The notes under the pieces are model-generated. The model ran no database searches and was not told the DNA's origin. It saw nothing but the letters and a program-made list of their open reading frames with translations. A program made the translations under genes and the position numbers. From positions 47,244,001 to 47,308,000 of the forward strand of contig OZ024746.1 of assembly GCA_964016885.1 (NCBI GenBank): a stretch of 64,000 nucleotides of DNA, read 5' to 3'. Shown piece after piece: positions 60,927 to 64,000 of the stretch; positions within the stretch are counted from its first letter, which is position 1; each line of letters starts with the position of its first letter. This DNA is from Eledone cirrhosa (Eukaryota).

Positions 60927-63269
60927 TTATATTTATATATGAGTGCATCTTTTAAAATGACAGTTGTTAACATTTAATCTTAGGTGAACCCGACTAAGTT
61001 GACCTATAAACAAAGGCATTCCATACGTGACTATTCCCTCTTTTTAGAGTTATACTGGACTATATTCAGCAATATTTTCTTTTCCAGCTTAAGACATTAT
61101 TTTATAACGCCCAACAGGCTCCCAAACAGTTTACGTCTATACACCTGCACTCTCAATACTGGGATCGACCAGTCTCTTCTAAATGACACTTGCCTATGAT
61201 GCCACACAGTGGGGTCGAATCCGGTCCCTAATTATTGCGAAGCGAACTTCTTAACCATTCCCCCATATTGCCTCTACATATTACAATGTATTTATGTAAT
61301 TTTCCACTCTACCATTTTCCTTGATCTAACTATTACTCTACCAAACGGAAACTGGTCTAGATGTTTTAAAAAGAACGTACATTATCATCATTTGTCCATT
61401 AAATAGATTAATTAGAATTAGCAGTGTGACAAAAATGGTTTTAAAATCCAATTATTTGAAGAATATTACAATTAGGCTCTACGTTGTCTAGAATACTGCA
61501 ATTAATATTATTCACACCATTTTGTTAACAAGTTATTTTAGATCGTCGATGATGTGTCTAGATCGATATTTTAAGATGAAAACTCTTTAATTGCTGTTTT
61601 CTTTTTTTAAATTTTGAAGTAGTATATCATATTTAAATGGTGGCAAGGGTGGAGATGATAGTGGTGGCTTTAATGTTAAGGGTAATATTGATGGTGATGA
61701 TGATCAATTCTATAATATATTATAGGTTCGGCGAAGCGATAACTGCTATCGTGTAGATTTAGTCTTGATGAAGGAAGGTAAAGTCAATTTGTTAGAGATC
61801 GTGTCTCACATGAACTGTACATAACAGTGTTACGGTTGTAAACAGACAATGAATAGATATTTACATTTATGTCTATGTAGATACCTCCATTCCTATGCAT
61901 TTTATGTCTTTTCTGTGTGTTATAAGTGTTTCTGCATTTGCACATTCAAAAGTGAAACGTTTGCTCGCAAATAAGCTACTATTAAACACAAGCCTGCAAG
62001 CCATAAATCCTGACTGAAAGTTCTGTCCATTTTAACTTTATGTAAATCATTCTGTGTTGGAATTATTTGTCGTTTCTTTCTGTTTTTAATTATTTTTAAA
62101 AAATAAACAGTGAAACAGTGGAATTATCTCCTCCACCCATGTTGATAATATAAAATACACACAAATAGTAAACTCTTGGTTACACGCGAAATAAAACTAC
62201 AATTAAAACAACAAATTACTTTTTTATTAGCTCAAATTAATGTTTTTTTTGTTTCTTGTTTTAATGGGTGTTTTTGTTTGTTTATTTTTATTTGAGTAAT
62301 TAAAATTTTAGATTATTTGTTTCCAAGGTTTATAGGAATTTATTTCAAGCTTATATTCCTTTCAACAGTGGCTATTATTAAACAGATAAGAATAGCTGGT
62401 TTGACTTTATATTCTTACTGCTATTGTTGAACCTTCACCAAGCTACATTATACTATGTGCTCTTAATTTTTTTAAGATATGGATGAGATTTGATTGCCAT
62501 TTCTAGCTGGTCGAGCGACTACGTATAGGATTCCTCGTTGTTTTGAATATTGATTTATATGTATTTTCGGAATTAATACCCCGTTATTTTGTGCGTAGAT
62601 AAGCATGTAGATAGATATTTACTTTTCCGCAATCACCTTCCTCCGTTTATTTCACGTATGGTTGCTTCAAGCAAAATCAAAAGAGTTACATAATGCTGTC
62701 AAACCATTGTTCTCCTAGCTGTACGGCCTATAACTAGAGTTCATCTGTTGTTGGTAGCATTAGCAAAAAAACGGTGAGATTTAAAATTTTAGAAATATGC
62801 TAGTTTGACAAAATCTATGTGAGTATTGTTATTATTGTTGAGGTTGCTGTTGCCAAACGTGTCCTTGAATTCATCCCATTAATGTTATTTCCAATAGAAA
62901 GTCATTACTCTGTAAGTCAGTTTTATTGTAAATATTTTTATAAATGTTGTTTTCATATTGCTAGTATTTTTTCGTGTGTTCAGAAATTGCTTTTTTTTAA
63001 TGAAGAACATTTGCTGCTATTTCTGCATTGTTACTAATTCTTTCTACTAATCTAGTAAAGGAAGTTTTAATTAAAATTACTGTAAGCAGAATAATTTTCG
63101 GGAAATTATTAAAATGATGTTTAAAACAAATCTTTTTCTACCTCCTGTATTGGAGTAGACAGAAAGTGTGTCATTCCGACCTTTGAATTGAAAAATAGGT
63201 TTTTTATTTGAATGTGCGGCAGTTCTGGGTCAAGAAGAGGCCGAGACTGGGTGCCTGGCATCTGCAATG

Positions 63270-64000
63270 TTGCACTCTGACAGGCGGCTAATGCCGCCAA
63301 TGGAACTTCCACTCTTGAGTTTTATAGATGATTAGTGGTGGGCAAATGCTGAGAGGCGTCGACGATGTCGAACTGATCAGTCTGTTCCGGAGGACTTTCG
63401 AGCCGAGGACTATGGATAACTTCCAGAAGCCCCTCGCTTGGCAGTGCTACCGGGAGGCACTGCCGGTTCGAGATAAACTCTAACGGATGTGCTGTCAGAC
63501 AGACCTTCCCGAGATGCGCGCACAGAGACGAAACCGTTCTGCACGCACTCGCCCAGTGTCCGTGCATTACTGACTTGTGAAGTTATGTCGAACAACTGTT
63601 ATCGCGTGTAGAACGGATCTGGCTATCGACTGAGTCCATAGTGAAAACTGCACCGCCGCCTTCTTTTGGCCGGAAGGGGCAGGCAGTTTTCCTCTGTCTG
63701 GTGGTGTTAGCGAAAGTGGTTGTGTAGTGGACCAGGTTGAAAGGACTGAAGACAGATACTTTTCTCTTCAGACAATCCCTCATCGACTTTTTCAAGTTTC
63801 ACTTGGAAAGGGAAATGAGGGTGGAGAGAGAAGTGCTGCCCCCGAGTACATTTACAAAAAGGTGGGTGAATGTGACGAGAATAACCCGTGTGAATGGGCA
63901 TAGTCTGAGCATGCGTCTGTAGGCTGGTTAATTTGAGGGGAAAAGGGTTGCCCTTCCCGGGTGCCCTCGAAGCGTCGGATGGTTCAGCGCTGGTGGAAGC
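63270..64000 (+). mobile_element. Degenerate 3' part of another Tx1 copy
   Basis: MDNFQK..LAWQCY, CPRC..ET..H and GLKTDTFL..FFKFHL..RVEREVL homologous to the ends of copies A, C and D. Confidence 0.8.

Overview
AT-rich animal genomic DNA with no recognisable host protein-coding gene. The SINE family and microsatellite load suggest a coleoid, probably octopod, cephalopod (inference). Main contents: (1) two clusters of tRNA-Gln genes only, about 10 intact and 13 decayed copies, including a recent ~2.26-kb tandem amplification; (2) a 15.5-kb same-orientation stack of L1/Tx1-clade retrotransposons, nearly all joined through (GATA)n; (3) at least three families of Penelope-like elements (PLEs), inserted in (TA)n as head-to-head inverted pairs, one with a 1079-aa RT/GIY-YIG ORF containing an Asn-rich insert; (4) several type I hammerhead ribozyme (HHR) motifs in PLE termini; and (5) SINEs, MITEs and CRE, RTE and Helitron remnants. 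The most striking signal is three sequence-unrelated hammerheads (36.5, 37.1/38.5 and 60.1 kb) with a ~90-115-nt stem II domain, branched in two of them, and a palindromic stem III, all in (TA)n-embedded PLE-type inserts. All structures were paired by eye and none is tested.
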